Shown here in pieces: positions 27,442 to 39,505 of a stretch of DNA of 64,000 bases (within the stretch, counting starts at the first letter, position 1; every line of letters starts with the position of its first letter). The notes under the pieces are model-generated. The model did not search any database. It saw nothing but the letters and a program-made list of their open reading frames with translations, and was not told the origin of the DNA. Origin of the DNA: Synechococcus sp. (GTDB lineage Bacteria; Cyanobacteriota; Cyanobacteriia; PCC-6307; Cyanobiaceae); NCBI GenBank assembly GCA_047285305.1, contig JBJBDL010000003.1, positions 1,792,001 to 1,856,000 on the forward strand, written 5' to 3'. A program made the position numbers and the translations under genes.

Positions 27442-28005
27442 ATGATGCTTTATCTCTACGGAGGCCCCAAGACCCGCGTTTCAATGCCGAAATGGTACTT
27501 GGCAGAAAAGGGAATTTCTTATGAATACGTAAACATTGACATGGCATCTCGCCAAAATCTTGCTGCGAGCTATCTGGAGGTCAATCCTTTCGGCAAACTG
27601 CCTGCCCTCAAAGACGACAGCAATGGTTTGGTGCTGTTTGAGTCAGGCGCCATTCTTCAGTATTTGTCTGAGAATTACGCCAACGAAGTCCATGACGCCT
27701 CAACACGCGCCTCGATCAGCCAGTGGATTCTTTTCGCCAACTCCACACTGGCGATCGCTTTATTCGTCCCCTCAAATAAGGAGCGGGAGTTCCCCAGGCT
27801 GATGGCAACCCTGAATGACATCTACACCAAGAATCAATTTCTGGTGGGAGATTGCTGGACCGCAGCAGACTGTGCAGTCAATGCATATCTCGGCTACCTC
27901 CCCATCTTCTATCCCAACGAAGACCTCTCCGCTTATCCCGAAATCCAAGCTCTCAATGAGCGAACACGATCCAACCCGAATTACAGAACAATTATGGACC
28001 TTTAA
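27442..28005 (+). CDS. glutathione S-transferase family protein
   Basis: NPFGKLPAL, LFESGAILQYL, TAADC. Confidence 0.93.
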   Translation: MMLYLYGGPKTRVSMPKWYLAEKGISYEYVNIDMASRQNLAASYLEVNPFGKLPALKDDSNGLVLFESGAILQYLSENYANEVHDASTRASISQWILFANSTLAIALFVPSNKEREFPRLMATLNDIYTKNQFLVGDCWTAADCAVNAYLGYLPIFYPNEDLSAYPEIQALNERTRSNPNYRTIMDL

Positions 28006-28233
28006 ATCATTCAATTGCCATTAAATTTTCACGTCTTTCTTTCATTCATTGATTCAATTTTCTGTCCTGCTCGATGCTTCCCACGCCGCCAACAAAACAA
28101 TCTGCCGCAATCAAGACCGATTGAATTGGGTCAACACGCCGAACGCGTCTTAAAGAAACTCCGCATCACCCAAGGGACTGGCGTCTGTCTGCTGTGAGCA
28201 GTCCCAACTGGAACGCTGCTTAATCTTGCCGAC

Positions 28234-29748
28234 ATGCGCAATTCCTTCTTCGATCAGAGCCTCGACGCCGGCGCAATTCGCCGGCGCGTGCAGGAGCTCT
28301 CGACCGGCAAGGTGGGGTTCTACAGCGTCGGGCTTTATCCCGCCTCGCTGGCCTACAACTGCGCCATGCAGAACGCCAAAGGGCTTCTGCTGCTGGCCCC
28401 TCGCCCCGGCCGGGACCTCCTGGGAGCCTTCCCCCAGGAGACGATTGCAACGATGGACGATGAGCACGTGGAGACCGTGCTCAACATGGGCGGCCACCGC
28501 ATCGGAGGTGAGCTGGTCGCCAACACCCTCAGTGATCTGATCCAGCGCTGCGAGCTTGTTGTGCTCAGCGCCAACAGCAACCACATCGAAGAAGACCTCC
28601 AGGAAGCCTGCCGCCTGCGCAAGGAACTCCATCGGGAGCAGGTGGTGTTGGCCTGCCTGGCGGGATCCTTCAGCCATGACCCGATCAGCAACAGCGCCTA
28701 TGTGCTGTGCGAACAACAACCCGAGCTTGCCTTTTTCTCCGGCTTCCACCGCCATGGGGCTCTGCGCAACCCCTTCGACAGCTTCACCGCCAACTTCTGC
28801 CATCCCAATGCCCTGACGGCCATGTTGGGGGCGCAACTGATGGATCAACTGTCCCCGAACATCCAGGTCTCCGCCGGTGTTCACAACGTGGAGGGGCAGT
28901 TCATCAAGGCCGCCAAAAACATGGCCTCGGTGTTCGCCGGCTTCGGCTATGGCTTCCATCAGGACAATCCCGGGGTGTTGCCAACGCTGCTGACCCTGCT
29001 GCTGAACCAGTGTCTGGACCAAGCGGCCACCGTGTCGATGGCACGCCCAGACCGCCAACGGCTCTACCACCGGCAGCCCTTTCCCCTAACGGAACTGGGC
29101 TACGCCGTCCCCAGGATTGAATCCACCCTGGTGCGCGATGGCGACTTTGAGCGGGTGCGAGACCACACCTTCAGCCAACTCACGGCAATGGTGGCCGATG
29201 TGCGCGGCAGCATGATGTTGCCGGTCTCCGGCAGCCCCACCCGCAACTTCCAAGCCGGGCAAGTGATGGCCGAGGCGATGCGCGATCAAGGCCGATGCCC
29301 CCATTCCATGGAGGAATTGGAGCAGTGGTGTGAAGCTGCAGGTCTGCGCAAAGGTGGCCTGGAGGGGCTCAAATCCCTGCGGCACTGGCCTCAGATCGCA
29401 CGCAAGTACGCCATCCCAGCCAACGACGCTTCGATGGTAAACCTGCTGTACATGGCGATTTACGGGCGGGCAGGCGTGAAAGAGACCGCCTACCGGGTTA
29501 TGACGGAAAGCCGTGAACTCTCTAGTTACTGCCAGGAATCCGTGCGGCCCAGCCACAGCCGACGCTACGCCGAGGCACTTCAGAACCTCGATGTTCCCAA
29601 AGCCCTCGAGCTGGTGGTGAATGCCGTGATTGCCGACAACGCCAATCAGGCCATGGGCAGCAAGATGGCCCTGGACGAGAACGGTGAGACCGGGGTACCG
29701 GCCTACCTGGAGCTCATGGATGTGATCGAAAGCCAGCTCGATACCTGA
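28234..29748 (+). CDS. hypothetical protein, divergent GpsA-like dehydrogenase
   Basis: 504-aa ORF; colinear motifs KAAKNMASVFAG, ADV, TRNFQAG, LEG resemble NAD(P)H-dependent G3P dehydrogenase. Confidence applies to the CDS; the function is less certain. Confidence 0.8.
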   Translation: MRNSFFDQSLDAGAIRRRVQELSTGKVGFYSVGLYPASLAYNCAMQNAKGLLLLAPRPGRDLLGAFPQETIATMDDEHVETVLNMGGHRIGGELVANTLSDLIQRCELVVLSANSNHIEEDLQEACRLRKELHREQVVLACLAGSFSHDPISNSAYVLCEQQPELAFFSGFHRHGALRNPFDSFTANFCHPNALTAMLGAQLMDQLSPNIQVSAGVHNVEGQFIKAAKNMASVFAGFGYGFHQDNPGVLPTLLTLLLNQCLDQAATVSMARPDRQRLYHRQPFPLTELGYAVPRIESTLVRDGDFERVRDHTFSQLTAMVADVRGSMMLPVSGSPTRNFQAGQVMAEAMRDQGRCPHSMEELEQWCEAAGLRKGGLEGLKSLRHWPQIARKYAIPANDASMVNLLYMAIYGRAGVKETAYRVMTESRELSSYCQESVRPSHSRRYAEALQNLDVPKALELVVNAVIADNANQAMGSKMALDENGETGVPAYLELMDVIESQLDT

Positions 29749-29809
29749 GTCGGCTTTGGTTCTGCACACCTGAACAGGGCAGAGGACAGGGAGGCCGGCA
29801 AGGTGCCAT

Positions 29810-30949
29810 ATGAGACCCATGCGACCATTAATGACCGAGGCCCTGGAAGCCATTGCCGATCGCTTCCATCCTCGCGAGGGGATCAAAGCCATCCGTTCCC
29901 TCGGTTCGGGCAACGTCAACGAAACGTTCCTCGTGACCCACGAGGGACAAGGCGGCGCCTTCGTCATGCAACGCCTGAACACAAACGTGTTCGATCGGCC
30001 TGACCTGGTGATGCAGAACCTGCAGGCCCTGGGCGACCACATGGAACGCCGTCTCGCCTCTCCACCCCCACAACTGAAGGGGCGGCGCTGGGAAGTGCCC
30101 AGGGTGGTTCCCTGTCGGCGAGAGGCCTCCCCCTGGATCGAACAGAACGGAGAGTTCTGGCGCTCGATCACGTACATCGGCGCGGCGAACACCAGCGATG
30201 TCATTCGGGACAGTGCCCACGCAAAGGAAGTGGGGTACGGGCTGGGAATGTTCCATTACCTGATCAGCGATCTGCCCATCAATCAACTAGCGGACACCCT
30301 CCAGAATTTCCATGTCACGCCGGCCTACCTCCAACACTTTGATGCGGTCGCCAAAGCCACAGTCCGCCTGGGGCCTGCCGAACGTGACGCATGCTCGTTC
30401 ATCGAGGCACGTCGTCAGGGCGTCGATGTGCTGGAAGCAGCGCTCAGCCGCGGTGAACTCCATCACCGCCCCATCCATGGGGACCCCAAGATCAACAACG
30501 TAATGATCGATGAGGCCAGCGGCCAGGCGATCGGTCTGATCGATCTAGACACCGTCAAACCGGGGCTCGTTCACTACGACATCGGCGACTGTGTGCGCTC
30601 CTGCTGCAATCGAGCCGGTGAGGAAACCCTCTGTCTCGACGATGTGAGCTTCGATATGGAGCTCTGTGAGGCGATCCTCACGGGCTACCTCTCCGTTGCT
30701 GGTGGGTTCCTGAATGACTGGGACCTGCACTATCTGCCCCACTGCATCCGCCTGATCCCCCTGGAGCTTGGCCTGCGCTTTCTCACGGATCACTTGGAGG
30801 GCGATGTGTATTTCCGCTGCGATCGACCTGGGCACAACCTGCAACGCGCCCTGGTGCAGTTCCGACTCACCGAAGCGGTGGAGCAGCAGTTCAACGCCCT
30901 GGAGCAACTGGTTGCGCTACTGAAGCAGCAGCCAAGTCCAAGCCTCTGA
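29810..30949 (+). CDS. APH-family phosphotransferase, N-acetylhexosamine 1-kinase-like
   Basis: LGSGNVNETF, QRLNTNVF, HGDPKINN, IDLDTV, YDIGD; start may be 29819 or 29831. Confidence 0.88.
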   Translation: MRPMRPLMTEALEAIADRFHPREGIKAIRSLGSGNVNETFLVTHEGQGGAFVMQRLNTNVFDRPDLVMQNLQALGDHMERRLASPPPQLKGRRWEVPRVVPCRREASPWIEQNGEFWRSITYIGAANTSDVIRDSAHAKEVGYGLGMFHYLISDLPINQLADTLQNFHVTPAYLQHFDAVAKATVRLGPAERDACSFIEARRQGVDVLEAALSRGELHHRPIHGDPKINNVMIDEASGQAIGLIDLDTVKPGLVHYDIGDCVRSCCNRAGEETLCLDDVSFDMELCEAILTGYLSVAGGFLNDWDLHYLPHCIRLIPLELGLRFLTDHLEGDVYFRCDRPGHNLQRALVQFRLTEAVEQQFNALEQLVALLKQQPSPSL

Positions 30950-30950
30950 G

Positions 30951-31526
30951 ATGGCGCGTTCTGCCGTGATGCTGCGTCAGGCCTGCCGCCTGATTCCCTT
31001 TGAACGGTCCATTCCAGCAGGGGTCCAGATCAGCGCTGAGCTGGTGTGGAGGCGCGAGGGTTGGCTGGAACTCAGCTACAGGGTTATGGCCCGCGCGGCC
31101 AAGGGCATTGGCGTCCTGAAGCTGCCAGCGGGGCTGAACGATGGGCCCCAACAGGGGCAGCGCAAAGATGAGCTCTGGACCACCACCTGCTTCGAGGCAT
31201 TCATCGCTGCGCCCGGTGAGCAGCATTATTGGGAAGTGAATCTTGCTGCCAATGGCGATTGGGCGATCTATCACTTCAATGGCTACCGCAGTGGACAAAC
31301 GCAACAGGAGCTGAGCACACCCCCAACGGTGCGGCTGCAACGCGGGTTGCACCAACTGCAGCTCGACGCCCGGATTGCATTGGAGCCGTGGTGGACTCCA
31401 GACGTCTGCCCAGACCTGTCACTGACGGCCGTGATTGACCGTGAACAGGAGGGGCTGAGCCATTGGGCCCTCCGCCACGGCCCCAAGGCCGACTTTCACG
31501 ACCGCAGCACCTTTCTTGCCGCCTGA
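30951..31526 (+). CDS. DOMON-like domain protein
   Basis: DELWTTTCFEAF, YWEVNL, F.GYR, HWAL.H...ADFH. Confidence 0.82.
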   Translation: MARSAVMLRQACRLIPFERSIPAGVQISAELVWRREGWLELSYRVMARAAKGIGVLKLPAGLNDGPQQGQRKDELWTTTCFEAFIAAPGEQHYWEVNLAANGDWAIYHFNGYRSGQTQQELSTPPTVRLQRGLHQLQLDARIALEPWWTPDVCPDLSLTAVIDREQEGLSHWALRHGPKADFHDRSTFLAA

Positions 31527-31565
31527 ACCTCACCGGTAGGGTCTAAACAGCGCCCCTGCCCCACC

Positions 31566-32613
31566 ATGCGCAGCCGCAATGTGCTTGTTGTCTCGGCCAT
31601 CACGGCAAGCCTGCTGACAGGGCTGTGGCTTAGACCAAAACAGCCGCAGGCCGCAGCCGAAGCGGTTGTTTCAAAGCAAGCTGTCTCCAAGCCAGTGGTG
31701 ACTGAGCCAATGGTGAAGGCGCCTGTGCTGCTTCCTGCCCAAGCCAGCCAACCGAGAACCAAAGACGGCCGGCAGTACCCCCTTGTGCCAGCTGAACCAG
31801 CCGAGCTGGCAACACTGCTGGCGGACGTTGAACAGGCGCTGAGGGATCCCGCCACAGCGGCCGAGGCCCTGCCCGATCTCGGCCATCAACAACAGGTGAT
31901 CTACCGGGTCTTGTCGACGGACCAACCCAGATCTCAGCAGGTCATCAAGGCTCTACCTCCGCGCTGGCGCAGCGTGGCGGAACGCCACCTGGCAGCACGG
32001 CGTGAATTCGTTCGCATGAGCCGCGGCCGTCGACCGATGATGCTCCCCGCCTGGCGGATCATTCAGCCCGAACCAGCGGCGAATCTGCTGAGCTATTACC
32101 GCAAGGCCGAGGCTGCGACAGGGATCGAATGGGAGGTTCTGGCGGCCGTGAACCTCGTAGAAACAGGAATGGGACGCATCGATGGCATTTCCGTAGCCAA
32201 TGCCCAGGGCCCGATGCAGTTTCTGCCTACCACCTGGGCCGAACCCGGAATAGGCAACGGGAACATCCGTGATCCCCACGACGCCATCCACGCAGCAGCG
32301 CGTTACCTGGTGAGGCGGGGCGGACTGCAGGACATTCGCCGCGGCCTCTGGGGCTACAACAACAGCGATTACTACGGCCGCGCCGTGCTGCTCTATGCCT
32401 CACTGATGAAGGAGGACCCCGCGGCCTACACCGGCTTGTATCACTGGGAGATCCACTTCAATGCAGCGGCCGGTGATCTTTGGCTGCCGGTGGGCTACAA
32501 CCAACCGCAACGCATCACTGTTGAGCAGCATCTGCAGGCCAATCCCGCCAGCAGATCACCAAACGGGTGGGCATCGGCACCTACGCTGAGACCTGGCGTG
32601 ATCCAGGAAGCGG

Positions 32614-32642
<29 letters not shown>
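31566..32642 (+). CDS. lytic transglycosylase (SLT) domain protein
   Basis: LAAVNLVET, AQGPMQFLPTTW, AARYL, YN motifs; N-terminal anchor. Confidence 0.88.
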
Positions 32643-34639
<1,997 letters not shown>

Positions 34640-34656
34640 ATGACGTCCCAGCTCCC

Positions 34657-35550
34657 ATGGCGCTGATCCTTCCTGGCAGTTACCACAAAATCGCGGAGGT
34701 TGAACGCAACCGGATTTCCTGGATTGAGCCCGAACAGGCTGAACGCCAGGACATCCGGCCCCTGCGTATCGGCATCTTGAACATCATGCCGCTGGGCAAG
34801 CAGTACGAGTTCAACCTGCTGCATCCACTGGGCCTATCGGTGCTGCAGATCGAACCGATTTGGATTCGCCTCAACTCTCACGCCTACAAGAGTTGGGATC
34901 AGAACCATCTCGACCAGCTCTATGTGAGCTGGGATGAAGCCTTGTCCCAGGGTCCTCTGGATGGCTTGATCATCACTGGTGCCCCCGTGGAACACCTGCC
35001 CTTTGAACAAGTCAGTTACTGGAACGAACTGGTCCAGTTAATTGAGAAAGCGCGCAGCACCTGTGCCAGCACCCTAGGACTTTGCTGGGCCGGTTTCGCC
35101 CTCGCTTACCTTGCGGGCGTCGACAAGGTGGCCTTCCAGCAGAAGCTGTTCGGGATCTACCCGATGCGCAGCCTTGTTCCGGGGCATCCATTGATGGGAA
35201 CCCAGGACGACCATTTTGTCTGCCCCCAAAGCCGTCATGCCGGACTGCCGGATACCGCGATGGAAGCCGCCGAACGGGACGGTCGTCTTCGTTTGCTCGC
35301 CCACGGCGAACAGGTGGGCTACACCATTTTCGAGACACCGGATCAGCGGCAGCTGATGCACCTCGGCCACCCCGAATACAACGTGGGACGGATCCTCGGA
35401 GAAATGGAACGCGACCGAGCCCGCGGAGATGTTCCGCCGCCCGAAAATTTCGATGCGGCCCAACCCCAGACCCTCTGGCGCTCCCACCGAAACCTTCTGT
35501 TCCAGCAGTGGCTATGGTTCTGCTATCAGCGGGTCAGTCTGAAGGCCTGA
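34657..35550 (+). CDS. metA: homoserine O-acyltransferase
   Basis: QDIRPLRIGILNIMP, ITGAPVE, CWA, GHPEY. Confidence 0.95.
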   Translation: MALILPGSYHKIAEVERNRISWIEPEQAERQDIRPLRIGILNIMPLGKQYEFNLLHPLGLSVLQIEPIWIRLNSHAYKSWDQNHLDQLYVSWDEALSQGPLDGLIITGAPVEHLPFEQVSYWNELVQLIEKARSTCASTLGLCWAGFALAYLAGVDKVAFQQKLFGIYPMRSLVPGHPLMGTQDDHFVCPQSRHAGLPDTAMEAAERDGRLRLLAHGEQVGYTIFETPDQRQLMHLGHPEYNVGRILGEMERDRARGDVPPPENFDAAQPQTLWRSHRNLLFQQWLWFCYQRVSLKA

Positions 35551-35575
35551 TCAGGCTTGGCTGAAGCAGCACCCC

Positions 35576-35893
35576 TTAACCGTGTCGTTTCGGAGTGGGT
35601 TCCAGATTGGCCGAAGGCTCCTGAGCGACGGCATCTGGACGCTCAGCGGATTTTCGATTGAGTTCCCGCTCCAGCGAGGCGATGCGTCTCTCGCGAAGGC
35701 AATGACGGCATCCACCGAGGGTTTGAAGATGCTTTTCCGGTGTGATCGTGATCGGTTGAACCGGATGGGCGTTGCAACGGATTTGAACGGGACTCTTGTA
35801 ACTGCGCCAGCGGATCAAGCTGTAATCAAATTGATCACCGAAGCGCTGTACTGCGCGCTTGAGGAATTCGTCTTGGGTGATTCGGGCTCCCAT
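35576..35893 (-). CDS. DUF723-like putative Zn-binding protein
   Basis: TQDEFLKRA..RFGDQFDYS...VQIRCNAH...HLQTLGGCRHC. Confidence 0.75.
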   Translation of the reverse strand: MGARITQDEFLKRAVQRFGDQFDYSLIRWRSYKSPVQIRCNAHPVQPITITPEKHLQTLGGCRHCLRERRIASLERELNRKSAERPDAVAQEPSANLEPTPKRHG

Positions 35894-35952
35894 GCCACCG
35901 AATGTATGGGACAGTCTCGTTATCGAACCGACCTCGTCATCCGACGTCACGA

Positions 35953-36537
35953 ATGACCATCCATCCAGCTGCAGCTGAAACGGACTGGTCGCTGCATGAG
36001 GGTTGGCTGAATCCAGAGCTTGCCAGGCACTGGCAAACACAGCTTGAGCACCAGCTCCAATGGGAGCAGCCCGTCGTTCAGGTCTATGGCAAGCGCTACC
36101 CGGTCCCCCGAATGACGGTGTTTCTTGCCAATGAAGGAATTCACTACCGCTACAGCGGTGCCATTCACACCGGTGATGGCTGGCCTGCATGGTTCAAGCC
36201 ATTGCTGCACCAGGTGGATGAAGCCTGTGCGACCAACTTCAACGGATGCCTTCTCAATTGTTATCGCCATGGCGATGACCGCATGGGTTGGCACGCCGAT
36301 GACGAACCGGAAATTGATCAGCGGGCTCCGATTGCCTCCCTTTCACTCGGGGCAACGCGGGATTTTCAGCTCCGCCACCGCAAAACTGCACACCTAAAAA
36401 TGTCTCTGCCGTTGGCCGATGGTGACCTTCTGGTGATGCACCCGGGCTGTCAGAGCCGATGGATGCACAGCGTTCCTCAGCGGCGCAAAGTGCAGAGCAT
36501 CCGCATCAACCTCACCTTTCGCCGTTTTCAGAACTGA
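35953..36537 (+). CDS. AlkB-family alpha-ketoglutarate-dependent dioxygenase
   Basis: LLNCYR.G.D.MGWHADDE, IASLSLG, HSVP, RINLTFR. Confidence 0.92.
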   Translation: MTIHPAAAETDWSLHEGWLNPELARHWQTQLEHQLQWEQPVVQVYGKRYPVPRMTVFLANEGIHYRYSGAIHTGDGWPAWFKPLLHQVDEACATNFNGCLLNCYRHGDDRMGWHADDEPEIDQRAPIASLSLGATRDFQLRHRKTAHLKMSLPLADGDLLVMHPGCQSRWMHSVPQRRKVQSIRINLTFRRFQN

Positions 36538-36539
36538 GA

Positions 36540-37436
36540 TCACAGCAGCACACCCCATGCAGGTGCTGTGATTAAGGCCAGCAACGTGCTCCAAAACACC
36601 AGCCCTGCGGCCCGCTCCTGATCAGTACCCACAGATTCTGCGATGAGCAAAAGCGAGATTGCCGTCGGCGCGGCTCCTTGCAGAGCAACCGCCTGAACCA
36701 TCAAAGGCTTGAACTGCAGCAGAGACGCCAGAAGCCAAAGCAGCAACGGGTAGAGCAGCAACTTGGCCACCAGTGGCTTAAGCAGGTGCAGAGGACGTGC
36801 CTCCGGCGCAATGCCCTGGAGATGAATGCTGCCCAGGCGCATGCCCACCACCATCAGAGCCAGCACAATCACGCAGCGTGAAGGCCACCACAGTGCATCG
36901 GCCACCGACGCAGACCATGGGGTCGCCTGAGCCAGCAAAGCGCCGATGAGTCCTCGGGTTGCCGGACTCCCAGCAACGCTGCTCAGCAACCCTCGCAACC
37001 GTTGGGAACCATCCACCTGCCCCCCGATCAGCAGCGGTCCCAGGCTCCAGACCAGCAGAGTCGCCCCGAGGTCGTAGCCAATGCTGATGGGCAGAGCCTC
37101 ATCGGGCAGGAAAGCCAGGGCGAGAGGAACCCCGAAATAGGCCGTGTTTCCGGTGCAACTGCCAAGCCGCAGCGTGGGAGACGCCAGCTCAGCCAATCCC
37201 GGCAGGCGCGCGGCACCCACCAGAACCAGGCCCATGGCAAGCACCGCAAGACCTGCGGCCTGCAACATGTCGCCGCTTAGGCCACCCTTCAACAGCAGCC
37301 CCATCACACTGATCGGCACACCGAACCGCACCAGCGGTGCGGCCAAGCGAGTGGACAGAGTTTCATGGCGCCGACCAGCCCAGAACCCAATCAGAAGCGA
37401 GGGCACAAGCTCCAGCAAGAACCGAAGAATGGACAC
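36540..37436 (-). CDS. AEC family transporter
   Basis: GNTAYFGVPL and AAPTAI motifs; multi-TM. Confidence 0.85.
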   Translation of the reverse strand: MSILRFLLELVPSLLIGFWAGRRHETLSTRLAAPLVRFGVPISVMGLLLKGGLSGDMLQAAGLAVLAMGLVLVGAARLPGLAELASPTLRLGSCTGNTAYFGVPLALAFLPDEALPISIGYDLGATLLVWSLGPLLIGGQVDGSQRLRGLLSSVAGSPATRGLIGALLAQATPWSASVADALWWPSRCVIVLALMVVGMRLGSIHLQGIAPEARPLHLLKPLVAKLLLYPLLLWLLASLLQFKPLMVQAVALQGAAPTAISLLLIAESVGTDQERAAGLVFWSTLLALITAPAWGVLL

Positions 37437-37530
37437 CTCCGTCAGATCAATCGACCCTAGAAAGCTGTGGTGACTGATGCCTCAGCCCCAGGCTTAATCT
37501 GACTTTTGATTGGCCGCGCGGATCCAGCTG

Positions 37531-37722
37531 ATGCAACCAGCTTCACGCCATCGCATCGTGCGCAGTGATCAATCAGAAGATCGGCTGACACGGCAGGGCT
37601 TCGACAGCTACAACGCTGCCTACGATGAACTCGAGCGTTACTACGGGGATTTTTGCTGCTCTGATGATGATCGTGTCGAGTACACGATCGTTTCTGAACC
37701 CTCAGACAGTGCTGAGGTTTAA
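37531..37722 (+). CDS. hypothetical protein
   Basis: FDSYNAAYDELERYYGDFCCSDDDRVEY. Confidence 0.7.
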   Translation: MQPASRHRIVRSDQSEDRLTRQGFDSYNAAYDELERYYGDFCCSDDDRVEYTIVSEPSDSAEV

Positions 37723-37913
37723 ACCACTGAGGACGCCTCAACATCAGCGCGCAAGCTTCATCGCAGAAGACCAGTCTCAAAAGCCAGACCACAGAGACGC
37801 ATCCCTAGATACCAACCTTTCAAACCACTGAGCCTTGGCAATATCGGCTCGATTGATTGACATCCAGCGAGCCAACCAGTTATGAACTATGTATCCATTG
37901 AGACGCATTTAAA

Positions 37914-38303
37914 ATGCTGACCGGTTCCGAGCTGCTTGCCAAGGTCAAAGAACTTGGAGATGTTTCCAAATCCGATCTGGTGAGAGCTTGCGGATACGTC
38001 TCGGACAAGAAAGATGGTGGCGATCGCCTGAATTTCACAGCGTTCTACGAGGCCCTACTCGAGGCCAAGGGCGTGAATCTGAGCAGCGGTGGTGCTGCGA
38101 TTGGTAAAGGTGGTCGCAAACTGAGCTACATCGCCAAAGTCCAGGGCAATGGCAATCTGCTGATCGGCAAGGCTTACACCGCCATGCTGAACCTAGAACC
38201 CGGTGACGAGTTTGAGATCAAGCTTGGCAAGAAAGCAATCCGTCTGATCCCCACGGGCGCAGCTGCGGAGCACAGCGAAGCTGCCGACCAGGTTGACGAG
38301 TGA
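37914..38303 (+). CDS. cyanobacterial AbrB-like transcriptional regulator
   Basis: LTGSELLAKVK, CGY, FYEALLEAKG, VQGNGNLLIGKAYT. Confidence 0.95.
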   Translation: MLTGSELLAKVKELGDVSKSDLVRACGYVSDKKDGGDRLNFTAFYEALLEAKGVNLSSGGAAIGKGGRKLSYIAKVQGNGNLLIGKAYTAMLNLEPGDEFEIKLGKKAIRLIPTGAAAEHSEAADQVDE

Positions 38304-38335
38304 TCCACTGATCCATCCCCAGCTGAATCCCCTAC

Positions 38336-38365
38336 AGCCCCTCCCCTACCCGGAGGGGCTTTTTT
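38336..38365 (+). terminator. intrinsic terminator
   Basis: AGCCCCTCC...GGAGGGGCT plus T-run. Confidence 0.85.
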
Positions 38366-38401
38366 GTGCAACGAAGCAACCGAGGCCCTGACGCAACCAC
38401 A

Positions 38402-38734
38402 ATGGGACTGGCATCACAATTGTTGCTCGGTAATGTGAGCCGGATTGGCGCGACAGAGTTGAAATCCTTCAAGGCAACGGTCGCTTCGTTCCTGAGCAAT
38501 ACGTTTCTGTTGGGTGGCTCAGTCGCCCTTTCTATCCATATCGTGCTGACCTTTTTTCGGATGCACGGACTGACGCTGACCCTTGCTTTTGTGGCGTTTT
38601 GGCTGATCTGCGTGACGGCCTACTTCCGTTGGCAGGACAAGCAGTCGATGCCTCGGACGATCAGAAAAAATTCAACGCTGGAAAAGCACAGCCGAAAGCA
38701 CACTGAGGCTTGGAGAGAACGACAATCGGCTTGA
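38402..38734 (+). CDS. hypothetical membrane protein
   Basis: Two hydrophobic segments; start uncertain. Confidence 0.5.
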   Translation: MGLASQLLLGNVSRIGATELKSFKATVASFLSNTFLLGGSVALSIHIVLTFFRMHGLTLTLAFVAFWLICVTAYFRWQDKQSMPRTIRKNSTLEKHSRKHTEAWRERQSA

Positions 38735-38761
38735 AGCACTTCACGAGGTTGTGCAAACCGT

Positions 38762-39505
38762 TTAGTGCTGCATCTGATTGAGGAACCTGCGGCTGCGTTC
38801 CTCCCGGGCATTACTGAAAAAGGTCTCTGGATCGGAGGTCTCCACCACCTGGCCCCGATCCATGAACATCACCCGATCCGCCACCTCACGGGCAAAGCCC
38901 AGTTCGTGGGTGACCACCACCATCGTCATGCCGCCTTTAGCCAACTGGCGCATCGCATCCAGCACCTCCTTAACCCGCTCCGGATCCAAGGCACTGGTGG
39001 GCTCGTCGAACAGCATCACCTCAGGATCCAGGGCCAGAGCCCGTGCGATCGCCACCCGCTGCTGCTGACCACCGCTGAGCTGCGCCGGGTACTTGTGGGC
39101 CTGCTCGCGAATGCCCATCTGGTCCAGGAGATCTATCGCCCGCTGCTCGGCAGCCGTCTTGGCACGCTGTTGCACCTTGATCGGGGCAAGGGTGATGTTG
39201 TCGAGGATGGAAAGGTGAGGGAAGAGGTTGAACTGCTGAAACACCATCCCCACGCGCTTGCGGATCTCCCGCACCTGACGTTCTCCATGGGTGGCGTCCA
39301 AGCGAACCCCAAGCACATCCAAGGCGCCGCCATCAAGCGACTCCAGACCGTTGAACGTACGGATTAGCGTGCTCTTCCCGGACCCGGAAGGCCCCATCAC
39401 CACCAGCACTTCGCCGCAGTTCACCTCCAGGGTGACCCCATCGAGAGCTCGAACCCCTTGGGAATAGCTCTTAACCAGATCAGTGGCACGAATGGCGACA
39501 GTCAT
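38762..39505 (-). CDS. polar amino acid ABC transporter ATP-binding protein
   Basis: GPSGSGKST, LSGGQQQRVAIARAL, FDEPTSALDPE. Confidence 0.95.
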   Translation of the reverse strand: MTVAIRATDLVKSYSQGVRALDGVTLEVNCGEVLVVMGPSGSGKSTLIRTFNGLESLDGGALDVLGVRLDATHGERQVREIRKRVGMVFQQFNLFPHLSILDNITLAPIKVQQRAKTAAEQRAIDLLDQMGIREQAHKYPAQLSGGQQQRVAIARALALDPEVMLFDEPTSALDPERVKEVLDAMRQLAKGGMTMVVVTHELGFAREVADRVMFMDRGQVVETSDPETFFSNAREERSRRFLNQMQH

